Source: Balanoglossus misakiensis (Eukaryota; Animalia; Hemichordata). From it: a stretch of 64,000 nucleotides of DNA. A program made the position numbers and the translations under genes. Shown here piece by piece: positions 24,423 to 37,900 of this stretch; the stretch's first letter is position 1; each line of letters opens with the position of its first letter. The notes below the pieces were generated by a model, which did not search any database, had not been told where the DNA came from, and was given only the letters and a program-made list of their open reading frames with translations. The stretch is taken from positions 4,570,831 to 4,634,830 of the forward strand of contig CM082578.2 in NCBI GenBank assembly GCA_040954595.2, given 5' to 3'.

Positions 24423-25685
24423 AATGTATCGTACTCAGCGCAGTGAAGTGGAGCAGACGACAACTTTCGAATCCCGCGCAATAAAAACAAAAGTAGATCC
24501 GGATATTGGACGCGTCTTCCAAATATGGTCACCGGGCCGGGGCGTGATAAGCAAAAAAACTGCACGGATGTGAGGGCGCTTTTCCCCATAGACTTTACAT
24601 GGGCACGTGAATATAGGCATATGATAATGTCGGCTTTGTTTAGACGACAATCGCGATCGCGGCGTCAACAACTTTTTGCTGGGGCGTTGATGCTTGTCGA
24701 AAATGCCATAGGAAATTAAAGGAACACGAGTCGAATTGCTGAAACAATAAAACAAATCGACAGTATGTCTTGATACTTTAGATCATGTATCAGTTCGACT
24801 CCGTCTGTAGTCGGTTACCCCTATTTATAGGGAAGTTCGGCCTTAAACGTGTAAATTGTATGGTTTTCGATCCTATTCTACCGGTCTTAATGGATGACAT
24901 TATTTTGGCAGTTAAGTGCTATAAGCATATTACATCCTACATCAAACCAAATCTTATTTTTTAGATTCAAGTACAGTAAAGCTTGTGATATTTTTGACCA
25001 TTAGATTTTGTTTACTTCCAAACGCATAAAAACACACCAGTTGTGGACGATACAATATTATTTAATATGTCGAGAATAGTGTTCGTCATGCCATTAATAT
25101 TGTCAAAAATGTGTGTTAATTGTAGATACCCAACTAAATACACAAACAGTTGGGCTTTAGATTGGTAAATGGAAAAGCTGGTCTGGTTGCAATTTTCTGG
25201 GATTAGGTGGCCCGATTCTCCCAACAAGAGACTTGGAATGTTATGTACTTTTATTCTAATATATCAATGTGTAAAGATCTGACTTTGTCTCTTTAAATAA
25301 AGAACCGGGGTACATGATAGTACTGTACAAGTATGACCGAGAGGGTTTGTGTGTCAAGCCTCTCCTGCATAGAAAAAAACAAACAAACAAAACTAAAGGT
25401 AAGAAAGCTAGTGGGCACGCCATACGAACGCATGTATGCGCAAACGACCCAAAGAAGTGTGTGCATTGCTCACCCGAAGCATATTTGGTTAATGGTATGA
25501 TTTTTGGCAAAATAGTCCAGTCGATCGTTTGTTTATGTAAACCTGACCACTGACCAGTTTTTATCATCGAACACTGATGCTAAGATGTCGGGAATTTCGC
25601 TGATTTGAACAATCGGGTGGCGATAGTAGTTTCTTTCTGTGCAGGAGCGGCCGGTCGTACATGAGCAGTGCTACATTTCTGTGTG

Positions 25686-25790
25686 AAATCAGATGAAGGG
25701 TACGGCGATGTGTTTTACTTGCGCGGCACAGCAGCATAAGAATACCGTACCGCGCAAGTAAAAGACGTTGCTGTACCCTTCGTCTGATTT
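25686..25790. repeat. 105-bp imperfect palindrome (MITE-like) downstream of the WASP stop
   Basis: AAATCAGATGAAGGGTACGGCGATG...TTTTACTTGCGCGG / CCGCGCAAGTAAAA...GTACCCTTCGTCTGATTT; related arms at ~17930-17985 and ~36312-36337. Confidence 0.75.
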
Positions 25791-26173
25791 GAATGACACA
25801 CAGATACAGCTCAGCGATACAACTATATATTCAGACAATTAGTGAGTGACTTTGGTGTCTGAAAATTGATATGCGGCCGCGTCTAGTGACCAATATTGTC
25901 GGTACAGAACAAGAACTAAAAAAATCGACGTCTCCACTTTTTAGCAGACTGATTCGTGGATGTATATATAGTTTATGAACTTCATCCGTCGATGGAGGTA
26001 TACTGATTAGTTATACTTAGGATGAGCAAATGATACCACCGCAATAGCACTACCGGTATTGAAAAGACTGCCAAGTATAAATCCAGACATAAATGAAAAC
26101 TGCATATACATGTAAGTCCGTGTAATAGGTGGGTTTATATCTTCCATTCCCATTGGAGGGTCAAGAGTCGGAC

Positions 26174-29100
26174 CTATTCATCCCAATCGTCATCGTCATC
26201 GAAGTCGTCCTCATCAAGATCTTCTTCATCTGACATTCAACAAAAATAGCAGCGATTTCAACATGCTTCGAGAAGAACATGAATATAGATTTCGAACAAA
26301 TCTGCCACTAGAAAATGGTGCTTTTAAGGTGTTAATATAATTCTTAGTGTTTCATAAAATTACGATTTTTTGTCAAAATTGAAAAAAAAAATCAATTGTT
26401 TCTCATGGAAGCTAATAACGATCGATCGCAGACATTTTGACATACCTGATGAATGAATGACGGCGTTACGTTGTGCCAAAGCACGGGCAAGTGCTCCAGC
26501 CATACCCGTCTCAGCAACCTGTTGAGGTTTTTCTCCTTGTTCAACCTGCAACCGACCAGTGATTTGAAATTGTATTTAAAAGAAAATAATACCATGTCAG
26601 AATGAAATTATATTTCTCACCGATACCGTTTCTGTTTTGGTAAAACGTGTGTATTGCCAGAATTGTTATTGTGGCCTTCGATTCAATTGTCAACAATAAT
26701 AGTGGCCGCCACAACATATGTAGGCTATACTGTAAAGTGGAGTATTGGATATTCTACCACCCTGTAGGAAGTACAGAACAACAAACTGCATTTATATGCA
26801 AAACGATGCTGAACAATTATCCAAAGTCAAAGCTGGTGTCCCTTTGACGGGAAAGAGGTTTTAACGTTTGATAGTTTGTTCATCATTTTTGTTCTGCCGA
26901 AATGCTTAGTGTAATTCTAAAGCGTTTTCATTGAAGCGCCAGGTATCATCATGTTAGTCAATGTATATTGCCAGATTATCCATCCTTAGTTTGCATCAAA
27001 GGGATTGCTGGTGTAACATTTTCTAAGGGCATTTTCATTTTATATGAAGTACGGTGATTTCTTTTAATCCCTTGAACACCCGTGCTGATGATAAACGCCT
27101 CGAATGCACACAAAGAACGTGACTGATATACATCTTACGGTTTTAAGAGTGAATCCCCCTCTTATCTGAGACAGAAGGTTCGATCTTGGGTCTGCAGGAA
27201 GCGCTGCTCTTTGTTCACTGGGGTCGACTCGTTTAAGTGTGGCACCGCTCTGAATCTGGCTTAGAAGTGCTCCACGTGACTGTCCGCCATCTGTTTCAGA
27301 AATAGGGGTGGGCGGTGGCCCTGGAGGTGGCGGGGGAGGGGGAGCCCCTGCCATCGGTGGAGGGGGAGGCCCTGGTGGAGGAGGGGGAGTACGACCTCCC
27401 ATGGAGGCTGGCGGCGGCGGAAATGATTCTGAACGTGCCCCCGGTATTCCTGGAGGAGGAGGCTGCGACACGCCTCTTGATGTTGGTGGCGGCGGCGGTG
27501 CTGCAGCTTTCGTCCTAGAGATTGGAATCTGTGGCAAGGCACCCCTTCCAGGTGGTAGTGGTGGTGGGGCACTTCCACGTGGTGGAGGAGGCGCCCCTCC
27601 ACTCCCGTGGGGTGGAGGTGGCGGTGTGGTCCCTACTATTTCTGGCGGTGGTGGTGGTGGCGGCGCGCGAGCTGTCGAGGGAAAAGAAACACGTGACTGG
27701 TTAATGCCGAGGAGCAGTGCTCCTCACCTATTTCAAGAGATGTGTCTGTGGTTAGTGTGCACTTGGGGAGAATTAAAGCCCCAATATTTGCCATTTTTTA
27801 AAGATAAGTTGCGTGATTTTACTTTCGGACTTCGAATAGCTCATTTAAGTGAGTTAAATGGTGGGTATATGTTAACATATTATCTACCTCAAATTGTGAC
27901 CGTACATTTAAATGTTGAATAATAAACGGGTGCCACACTTGTGTTTATTCAACTGCCCATTGCAATACATACACAATAATCATGGTATGCTCACACGGGG
28001 TTTAGAATCCCCACAAAGTCCAAAAAGTTTCATTTGTCGACTAAAGATAAGGATAAAAAGAAGATTGAAGTGTATCAAAAAGTATGGCAAAAGTGGCAGC
28101 TTTTGGGGATTTAATCCAGTCTGATCAATGTACTCATTAGTACATACCGACCAATGCGTACAAACACATTAAAGGGACAAAGTCTCTCTCTCTCTCTCGC
28201 TGCTCTTTTCCCATTAGGCACCGTTTGTGTTATTCTACATGTGAGATATAATGAATCAATGATCGACCACACACAACTTCCATCCCGAATCGCCAAAATG
28301 AATAATCGGTCTCTACCCTTTATTCGTTTTGGTGAGATTTATACTCGCATATCCTACAAACGGGATGGAAGTTGTGTGTGTTCGAACGTTGATTCACTAT
28401 ATACCCACACGTAGAATCACATAAGCAGTGTCTTGTATCAAACATAATGGAAAAAGGGCATCGAGAGAGACTTTGTCCCTTTAAAAAAAACTCGTGGTTT
28501 ACTCCATGTATAACTTATTTTGCATCCGGTGACAAAGTGACTAATGAAAGGTAATGATATGCACTTCTATGCATTAAAAATTCTCTGTAACCATGTTATC
28601 AACACGTGAACGCTTTCCAATTCCCATAAAAGACCCCTGCAATCCATCACACATATGATTTCGGGTGTGGATTTTCTGTAAGGTTACCGCTTTCTCCTTC
28701 TGTTTTTAATGCACTTTGCAGGTGATCGAAATTACAAATACCGACCACTCACTGCTTCTTACAAGTTTTGATAAACGGAGAGGCCATTTTCTGTACTTGG
28801 GGTTAATTCATGTTCGACGGACTTTACCTCGCTGGCTTCGGTCTTTCTTCACTGCCTCCAAACCCCCCTGGCTTTCAATGAAGTCGTGGATGAATTTGGA
28901 CATGTCTTTATCTTTGAGCTGTGACTCAGATATTCCAACGTCATCAAAGAGTGCCTTGACGTCGGGGTCCAGAGACTCTGTCTGAAAACAAGAATGAGTA
29001 GAGTGGGGTATTAAATTCCGTGACGTAGTTTTAAATAGTGGCTGTGTAACGCGCATGTCACAAATTACTGATATGCCTTTGAAATATGAATTTTAGAGGA

Positions 29101-31901
29101 TATGCATCTAGCAACGTAAACCTTTGTTTCACTACAATATTATGGTGTATGTGTGAGTAACGTTGATTTTTAGCTCAGTCTTGTGTTTACCAAAAAAATT
29201 ATGTTGTGCCACTTTATGGCTGTCTGTTTGTGACGTCATCGATAGCTCGAGAACAGTTAGTGTCATGCAAATGCATGTCTGATAAGTATATTGCAAAATG
29301 TAGCGTGTATATTAATGAAGTTGCCCGGTGCGACATTTTTGTGTGATAATATTTCCACCATGAAGAAAAACGTTGCATCTAGTGCTTTAAATTACCAGAT
29401 GTGTCATTATGTGGAACTTGCATGATGAAATATACTTGTATGGAGAGATTTCAAGATATATTAACTGTCCATTTGCATATTTGATAAACTTTACATTATA
29501 AGCGCTGTTATTCGAATTTGGTGAAATTTTCTAAAAATTCCTGGAATACAAAGATGTGATTGTGCCTACATTCTGCCACTTGAAGATTAAGCGTCTTTTG
29601 ATGATACATTAATATGATCATAGAAATTTGCAACCAAGGGGAAACAATCCCTAAAGTTTTCATCAGGTTTTACATAACCTGTCACAAATAACACGTTCCC
29701 ATGTGGCGCGTTGGTGGTCGATTTCTGCTTCGTACAGAAATACAACACGTCACAACTGAAAAAGTGGCCCAATCAAACGAACAGAATGAATTCTCTGACG
29801 TAAGCAATGCTGCTCGGGGAGAGATGTCTTCAGTCAATGAGATTATTTGTACGATTGCCGACTCTTTTATTCAACTCGTTCAAATTACGGCAACAGACTA
29901 CTGTGCCGGGTGACAAAATCACCTAAATTATTCGGTTTTACAAATGGGCCACATTTGATTTTTGATTGTTAAATTCATTGCAGGTTACCAAATACAAGTT
30001 CACACACTTACGTCAAATCCTTTGTCAGGATCCCAACCAATATGACCAACATGCCTGCAAAGTCAATTGCAAGGTGTCATTTTTTGGCAATCTCTGAAAT
30101 CTTTAAATTCATATTCATTTCCCCCTTTCAACTAGGAAATGTATGTCTTAGCTACGCGAATTTTGGTTTCAAATTGCGATAAATAAAATACCAACAATAA
30201 CTACAACAACAACTAGGTCCCATTAGCTCAGCAGTTTGGAGAGTAAACGAGAATTTTTGTACAACAAAGACGAAATTATCTCGAAGTGTTATCATAGCTT
30301 GAACATATGAAAACATCTCCGGCAACTGGAAACCAGAACAAATTCCAAGGGAATAATTCAATCGGTTTCTTATGTTTACCAAAAGTGACCTAAGCAGTCG
30401 CCGAAATGTAATTGAAATTTCAGCTCACTTTCAAGAAATTCAATTAGGCCTATGATCATTCCTATTGGAACCTGGGACTAAACTCAAAAACAATCAGTCA
30501 TCTATCGACGTGAGTGAATATTTATCGGTAACAGAAGAACGAAATCAAAAGCCCCATCATTGAATACTTACCTGAATTCGCTTGGAAGTCCAATGTCGAA
30601 TTTTGTCAGTTTTTTTCCTTTCTCCTTTTTCTTTTTGTCTTTTTCCTTTTTCTTGGTTGTAGTCACAGTTTCTACTGGCTTACTTACTGTCACTGTGTCT
30701 GAAATGCCAAATGACATCGTCACTTAAATCGTTTCTAAATTCCGTTTCACATGCAGTATTAATTTGACACGGACAACCTAAGGACCAATTGTCTTCTATA
30801 TGTACCATTGTCAGTTCTCTAAGTCTATATAATGACTACGGGTTGATGAGCCACACCCTTCTTTCTACGCAAGATTTTGTTGAAGATCCACATTTCACTA
30901 AAGAACATTCATTTTCTTGCAATCCTGCCGGTACCATGATTGCAGCATTTTGTGACACAGACAACAAACTTATTCGGTTTCAATCCTATTAGTATTTCTC
31001 TACTTTCCCTGAATAAATGCCTGTGGTTGTGGTGAATTTGTCTGTATCTAATCCTTTTTGCAAAGCGTGCCGGCGCCAGTTTATTTGAAGGCCCAATGGC
31101 TGCCGTGCTGCATGATTTTCATGATTTCACTTTCATGACTCCAATTCCAGGCTTACTGGCGGTTATACACACATATTATTTTCCTCTGGTTGTATCTGTA
31201 CATTTAAACATGAACTTGTTCAATGAAACCGCACCCGTTTATTCAGCTACTCAATGCACAACTATCACCAGATCAAGGGGTGAACGCATGAGTATTAGAA
31301 TCTCTACAAGTTCAAATCGGTGTCGTCTGTTGATTGAACACCACTCAAACGTGGCAGTCACTTCAATAGGATAGAACTGGACTTTATCGTGCTTAATACT
31401 TACGCATTGGTGAAGCAGAGGTTGGTGATATAGCTGATGGCGAAATTGGTGATATGCCTGGCGGCGCTTTCATCGCACCGGCTTGCCGCACTGTATTCTG
31501 TCGCCTTCTCTCTAAAGAGTTAAAGGTAGCATAAACTCTTCAGCGTCCATTTCACATTTAGTTTTTTAATTTCTTCTAAATTTTGACATCCAAATCATTA
31601 GTTCGTGTTACTTTTAGTAATACACGTAGTCACAAGCTACAGAGACATATAAGCCAATCCATCCGCCCTTTTGAAAAAAAAATCACATACAATCTAATAT
31701 GCATCTACACACCGAATATCAAGGTTAAACATAGGCCAAAAGCGGCTCTCATGGTTTTTACACATACATACATACATACATACATACATACATACATACA
31801 TACATACATACATACATACATACATACATACATACATACATACATACATACATACATACATACATACATACATACATACATACATACATACATACATACA
31901 T

Positions 31902-31988
<87 letters not shown>

Positions 31989-34900
31989 TATGCCAACACT
32001 GTACATCAGTCACAATACGGTTAAATATTTCACTGGCAGTGTACACTGCATGCAGTCACAATGACATGTCATATTTTTGATGACATCACCATGCCTATTA
32101 AAGCTTCTTCTCGCTCCCACTTGAATTCACTGTACTTAGACAGTTGGTTCATTTTACCTATCATTTTGGTTGATTACTCTTACAATGGTGATTACATCTC
32201 TTCTAGAGAAGGACAAATGCCCTCGGCTTTGAATCATGTGATCTTCTGTACCATGTCTTATCTCTCAGTCACAAGCCGCTTCAAAGCCTTTGGTAAATTA
32301 TACTTATTTTATTTCATATATTTTCTATTTCGGAAGATGTAAACGTTTACAGCGGTCGAATTTATATGAACAGATCCAAATTCAGTATACTGAATGCTAG
32401 CCTAAATACAAATTGTACCTGATTGTGGCATGGCAGTATGAATGCAAACTTCTCCAAGTTACAATTATCCATAATTACAAGAGATCAATTCTACTATGCA
32501 CGGAAAAACCTTGAGGCAAAATGCCGCCTCAACTCCAACCGAAAATTGCACCAAAAATATATATCATTGAGTATTGACAATAATGGTAAGACACCTTGTC
32601 TATGAAGTGAACGACCGCAGAAATCAGCTGAATTGAAAATACACTTGGACCCGCAACGCCAAGATTTACACTCGTAAAGATAGGGGCTTGACTGACTTAA
32701 GTAGTACTTCATGGTAGAAAGTGTATGATATTGACCCAGACGATATATATTTCATTGAAATTCTAGCTAAATAAAAGCTATGTGAATACCAAACAGTGCA
32801 ACCTATGCCCAACTCCTCTCCAATATACATTCACATCACCATCTACACATGGATATGCAAAACCATGGTGGAGTGACCGTGGCAAAGCTGCCCACCCCAA
32901 CCAACATTCAATTACCTGTGTACATGCATATAAGCTGTCTCCTCCTTGTGTTTCCGCCAGCTTAGTCTCATGATGAGTGAGTCCAGTGACTCACGAAACA
33001 ACGTTTTAGAGATTACATGTATACCGCCTTTCGTTTCTCCATCTACCCTTACTTTATATCCCGCTTTTAAGTATCGAGCACTTTTTATCGGACCAGTCGA
33101 GGTGACCGGTGGTGTAGTTGGGACTCCAAGGTTTTCACTGTGGAAAAATATTTGAAAATTGGCAGCTATAGGGGCTTAAAAGCTTCTTCTCGCTTCCGCT
33201 TGAATTTACGCTTCTTAGACAGTCTGTGCATTTTACCTACACGAAATTGAAACCTAAATATCTGAGTATGCAGGAAACTGGAACCGCCCGCATGCTCCAT
33301 AAGCAAGCTGCTCAAAGCAATTACCCCTTGAAACTCTACTAGCATGTATATCTTTCTTCTAAAATGAAGAAAATTATGATGATTTTTAGAAATTCAAGGC
33401 TGGGAAAACTTACTTTGCAAGGCTTTTTTGTCACCGTTTGGTTGATTACTCTTACAAATGGTGAATTGTGTTCACTGTGGAAAAATATGTGAAATTTTGC
33501 AGCTGTAGGGGCTTTAAAGCTTTTTCTCGCTTCCGCTTGAATTTACGCTACTTAGACAGTCGGTGCCTTTTTACCCATCATTTGGTTGATTACTCTTACA
33601 AAGGGGATTACATCTCTTCTAGAGAAGGACAAATGCCCTCGGCTTTGAATCATGTGACCTTCCGTACCATGTTTTATCTCTCAGTCACAAGCCGATTCAA
33701 AGCCTTTGGTAAATCATACGTTTTTATTTCATATTTTTTTTGTATTTCGAGAGATGTAAAGGTTTACAGCGCTCCTAAAGAGATACATTTATATGTAAAT
33801 ATTCAAATTCAGTATACTGAATGCTAGCCTAAATACAAATTGTACCTGATTGTGGCATGGCAGTGTGAATGCAAACTTCTCCAAATTACAAGATATCAAT
33901 TCTACTATGCACGGAAAAACCTTGAGGCAAAATGCCGCCTCAACTCCAGCTCCAACTTTACAGGTGTGTTTCGTAGTGTATGTGCAGTGTGGAGGGGTTA
34001 TACAGCTATTGGGGATTTGCGTGCACATGGTAAGCTAACGCGAAAGTGTCAAGTTTTTAATAATCGATCTCAAGATAGCTACTATATAACCGCTATACAC
34101 GTTGGTATAGCAAAAACTGGGTCACAATGCGTTACATGGTACTACTGCCCGTCTGTGTATTGAGTGCTGACCTCCCTGGCTTTTGAGCGAACCACTCTCT
34201 ATACGAGCCGCAGCAGCAACAAGTCTGAGTGTATATTTGAGAAAAACTCATCTGCGAAAAGACTTGATACCGAAATGAAGCCGTCTGACATTACAAACGC
34301 ACATCTGATGAACAGCAACAGAAAGTATTAAGCAGAATTGTGCACGGTATGCGGGTGTTGTTACATAGTAAAACAGCCAACCTTGTTACATGTCGGTTTC
34401 TATATGTAGTCAAGCATAATCGAAGCGAAACGTTTTTTTTTGTTTTGCGTATCGGATTAACGTAAGGCTAACTTGGGGATAATTTGATTTAGTATAATTT
34501 TGTAGAAATTGTACTGAATTTATTAATGGATAAAAGTGATTGTAACGTTAATATGATTTTAAGTACAGTTGTATATGATTTCTATTGGCTAGTCGATATC
34601 TTAGGAAGCACATATGAAAATATCAGCCTTGAAGACGTCGACCAATCAATTTCATCATTTACCAACACCACACACAAACACATATATATATATATACCTC
34701 AAATCTGTTATACTTACTCTAGACGAATCTTTTGAGGGAAGATTTTCAGGGAGCACTCAACAAGCCACTAACATAGGTGAATCACGCAACTGACTGAAGA
34801 AAACACTTGTTCTCAATTGTGGTAAGTATACTCAACTACACGCGGGTTTTCAATGACACGCAAATGCATATACACTTAAAATGCATTTACTTTTGAGTCG

Positions 34901-37900
34901 AATCAAAGCTCTAAAATTCGACTATGTTTCTCAGCATGCAATTGTTGCTCTCAGCGTCGTGCACGGCGACTGTAACAGCACCGCAGATAATGCTCGTATT
35001 TGTATTTTTGGAACAAGCAGGTGGAAAACGATAATCACAAAAAAGTACTAAAACTGATCTACATTGTATGCAACGTAGCGGTATATAAGTCGTTGATGAA
35101 GACTTCGAGTAAACTTCACAGAGTCAAACATAATAGTAAAACGTACTCTGATGTCTTGATATGTTTATGTTTGCATAATATTGGCTACTTGTTATGATTT
35201 TGCGTGATTACGGACATCGGGTCGCTCTACTAAGTGTTTCGGGTTTGGTCTGATTTTGAGTCGGGGTGTGAAATGGCTGACAAGTATCAGAAATCACCAC
35301 AAGTCAATTTTGCCTTATTTTAAATTGTTTCTTTCTGGGTGTTATTCCAGATTGAATGACGCATACATTATGAAAGCAGTCTGGTGTTTTTGCTGCTTGG
35401 TTTTAATCATCAAAGGAGATACGATGATGGCGTGGACGCGTACAACTGATACAGGCTATGGAACGACACCCTCGAGTTCCACTGGAATGACGAACAAGAA
35501 ACATGATGATGACTTCACGAGCGCGTCTGTCGCAAAACCATCTCGACAGACCCCCAGAATAATCACGAAGACCGTGCCAATATCTCCACTAAGCACTACA
35601 CCCAAGCCCAGCGTAGCCTCAGACCTAGCGACGGGTCGTTCTACATTGCAGTCGACAACGATTGAAGACTCTTTCGTCCCCGGGAGGCCTCTGACAACAA
35701 CCAGTCAACCAAAGTCCCACGGAACGGAAACCTTAACGACTACGGCGAAATCCTTCTCATCATCATCAATGACACGTTCCCGACCGCCAGTGACGTCAAG
35801 CAGCACAGCCGCGCCAACTCTAGCTCCTCGAAATTATTTTTTGGATTCAGAGTCACTGCAGTGCCGTTATCCAGACACGGGATTTCGTATGGACTCGTGC
35901 CTCACGCCGAGGGGCCTTGTTTGCAACGGCCCCGCCACCGTGAAACTAAGGTATTATGACAATACAATGTGTAGCTGTGAGCCTGAATGCTTAGTGCGTG
36001 AAGACTGTTGTCACGATTACATAGACAGATGCTTTGGTGACAGTCGACAGGTGCCTGACCCGGATGAAATATGGCTGCCAGAATATTGTATGCGCATTAG
36101 AAGTGGGCGTGACGTCATGGCGACGCGCAAATGTCCAAGAGACTGGCCACACGAGAATGTCCGACAACAGTGTGAAACCGCCAGTGGTAAGACCAATGTT
36201 ACTTTTCTCACTTTTTGTCAGGTTGAACTTTTCGGCTCAGCTTTGCAAAACATCTAAGCAATGCACGTTAAATGTGCCCGTCTGTCACGTCGGCCGACAA
36301 TCTCAGTGATTAAAATCAGATGTAGGGTACGGCGATGTCACACACCTACATGTATAGTGCATGAGAAACTTGGCACATCATACGGGCGAATTCACACCTT
36401 GGAAATGTAGTTACATCCAAGCATAAGCCCGCATTCTAAGTTTCTTTGTCCCTTGCTCGGAATTGTAACTGTGAAGTAGAGTCTTTGTATAATTCTTCAG
36501 CTTGGGCTATCAGTATTGTATCTTTGTCTTGTTCACAGCTTGGGCGAAGAACAATAGTGGTTTTGTACAGACCCAACGCGGGAATTTTGATGTGTTTTAA
36601 AATGATTCTGTTTCTTAGTGAATTAGTTAGTTCAGATCGACAATTCTAGGATTGTCCTGTATGTACACGGCTGGCCTACTGAATAAAGTTGTTGTTTTAA
36701 GGAGGATTCGAATCCGAAGAGTAAAGTGACTAATTCCGATTCAAGGGCCTTGCTAACAACGTAAAAATGTATTTTGCATTTTTATGACAGATGCGTCCAT
36801 TTTGGATGTGACTCCAATGATTGACTCTGTCGGTGAAGTGGTATACAGCAATATCTACTGCGCTATTTGTAATGGTGTGAATGAATCAAGCCTACATTTT
36901 TCGTCGTTAGAGTGGAAGTGCCCGATTCAAACAGCAACGATGCACGATTTTGGGACCAATATTTCCTCTTCTATCTCCTTCGCGGAGTCATCCCAATCGT
37001 GTTCAAGGATGCCGAAAATCGATGACAGTCTCAGGCACGGTGTAACTGAATGTTTCACGCCCGTTGACACCTGCCGTGCTGATTACCACAACGATACAAT
37101 TGTTGATCTGTGTCGCAGATATTCAGCAGTAATTGGGGTATCGATTGCAGGTAGTAGAGTTGGGGGAACCAAGTATTACAAGAACATTCATTGCGCAATA
37201 TGCAATGGCGTAATTGACATATATCCTCAATATACACGATGCGGTTTACCTCCACTGGAGAACATACACAATGTCGGTGAACAAACCCCCACATTTGACA
37301 TACTGTTCGACTTCAACGCACAGGGAGAACATCGACTGTCCTCTGAAAGTGAAACCCTTGTTCTTCAAGAGCAATGGAACTGCGAACACGACCAAATCTT
37401 TGATATGCTCCAAGGAAAATGTGTTTTGAGACCAATTTTTGATAACTACAATTTAGGCATGGTAACGTTGAAAACGAATCCTTTATCAGAACGGGCAGAG
37501 CTAAATGACTCCTTTGTAATGTCAGCTCACGATAAACACACCGCCATTTTGCTCACTTTTCGCGTTTCTTTGCCGTCGGCAGTGGAAGCCTGTGATTTGT
37601 TCAACCTCGAAAAAACAGTGACGTCACTGATACGAAATCTGTCTGTTATTTACACACACAACATTTCCAACTCACATTACAATTGTGACAGAACAGAGGA
37701 TTTTGATGATCTACTTGTAACTGTGTCTCTCCTTGTTTACGTTGAATCAAATATTACAGATGATTTTCTCCCAACAGCGTGTAAAACAACCTGGTTTCAA
37801 GTAGGCTCAGAATTACTGATGATGGACTTTATCGTTAGGTCGGTCACTTTTGAAATGTTGAAACCCAGTTGTAGCAACAAAACCGATCAAGTCACATTTG

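Noticed and set aside
27308-27922. 204-aa glycine-rich plus-strand ORF
   Set aside because: Antisense shadow of the WASP polyproline exon.
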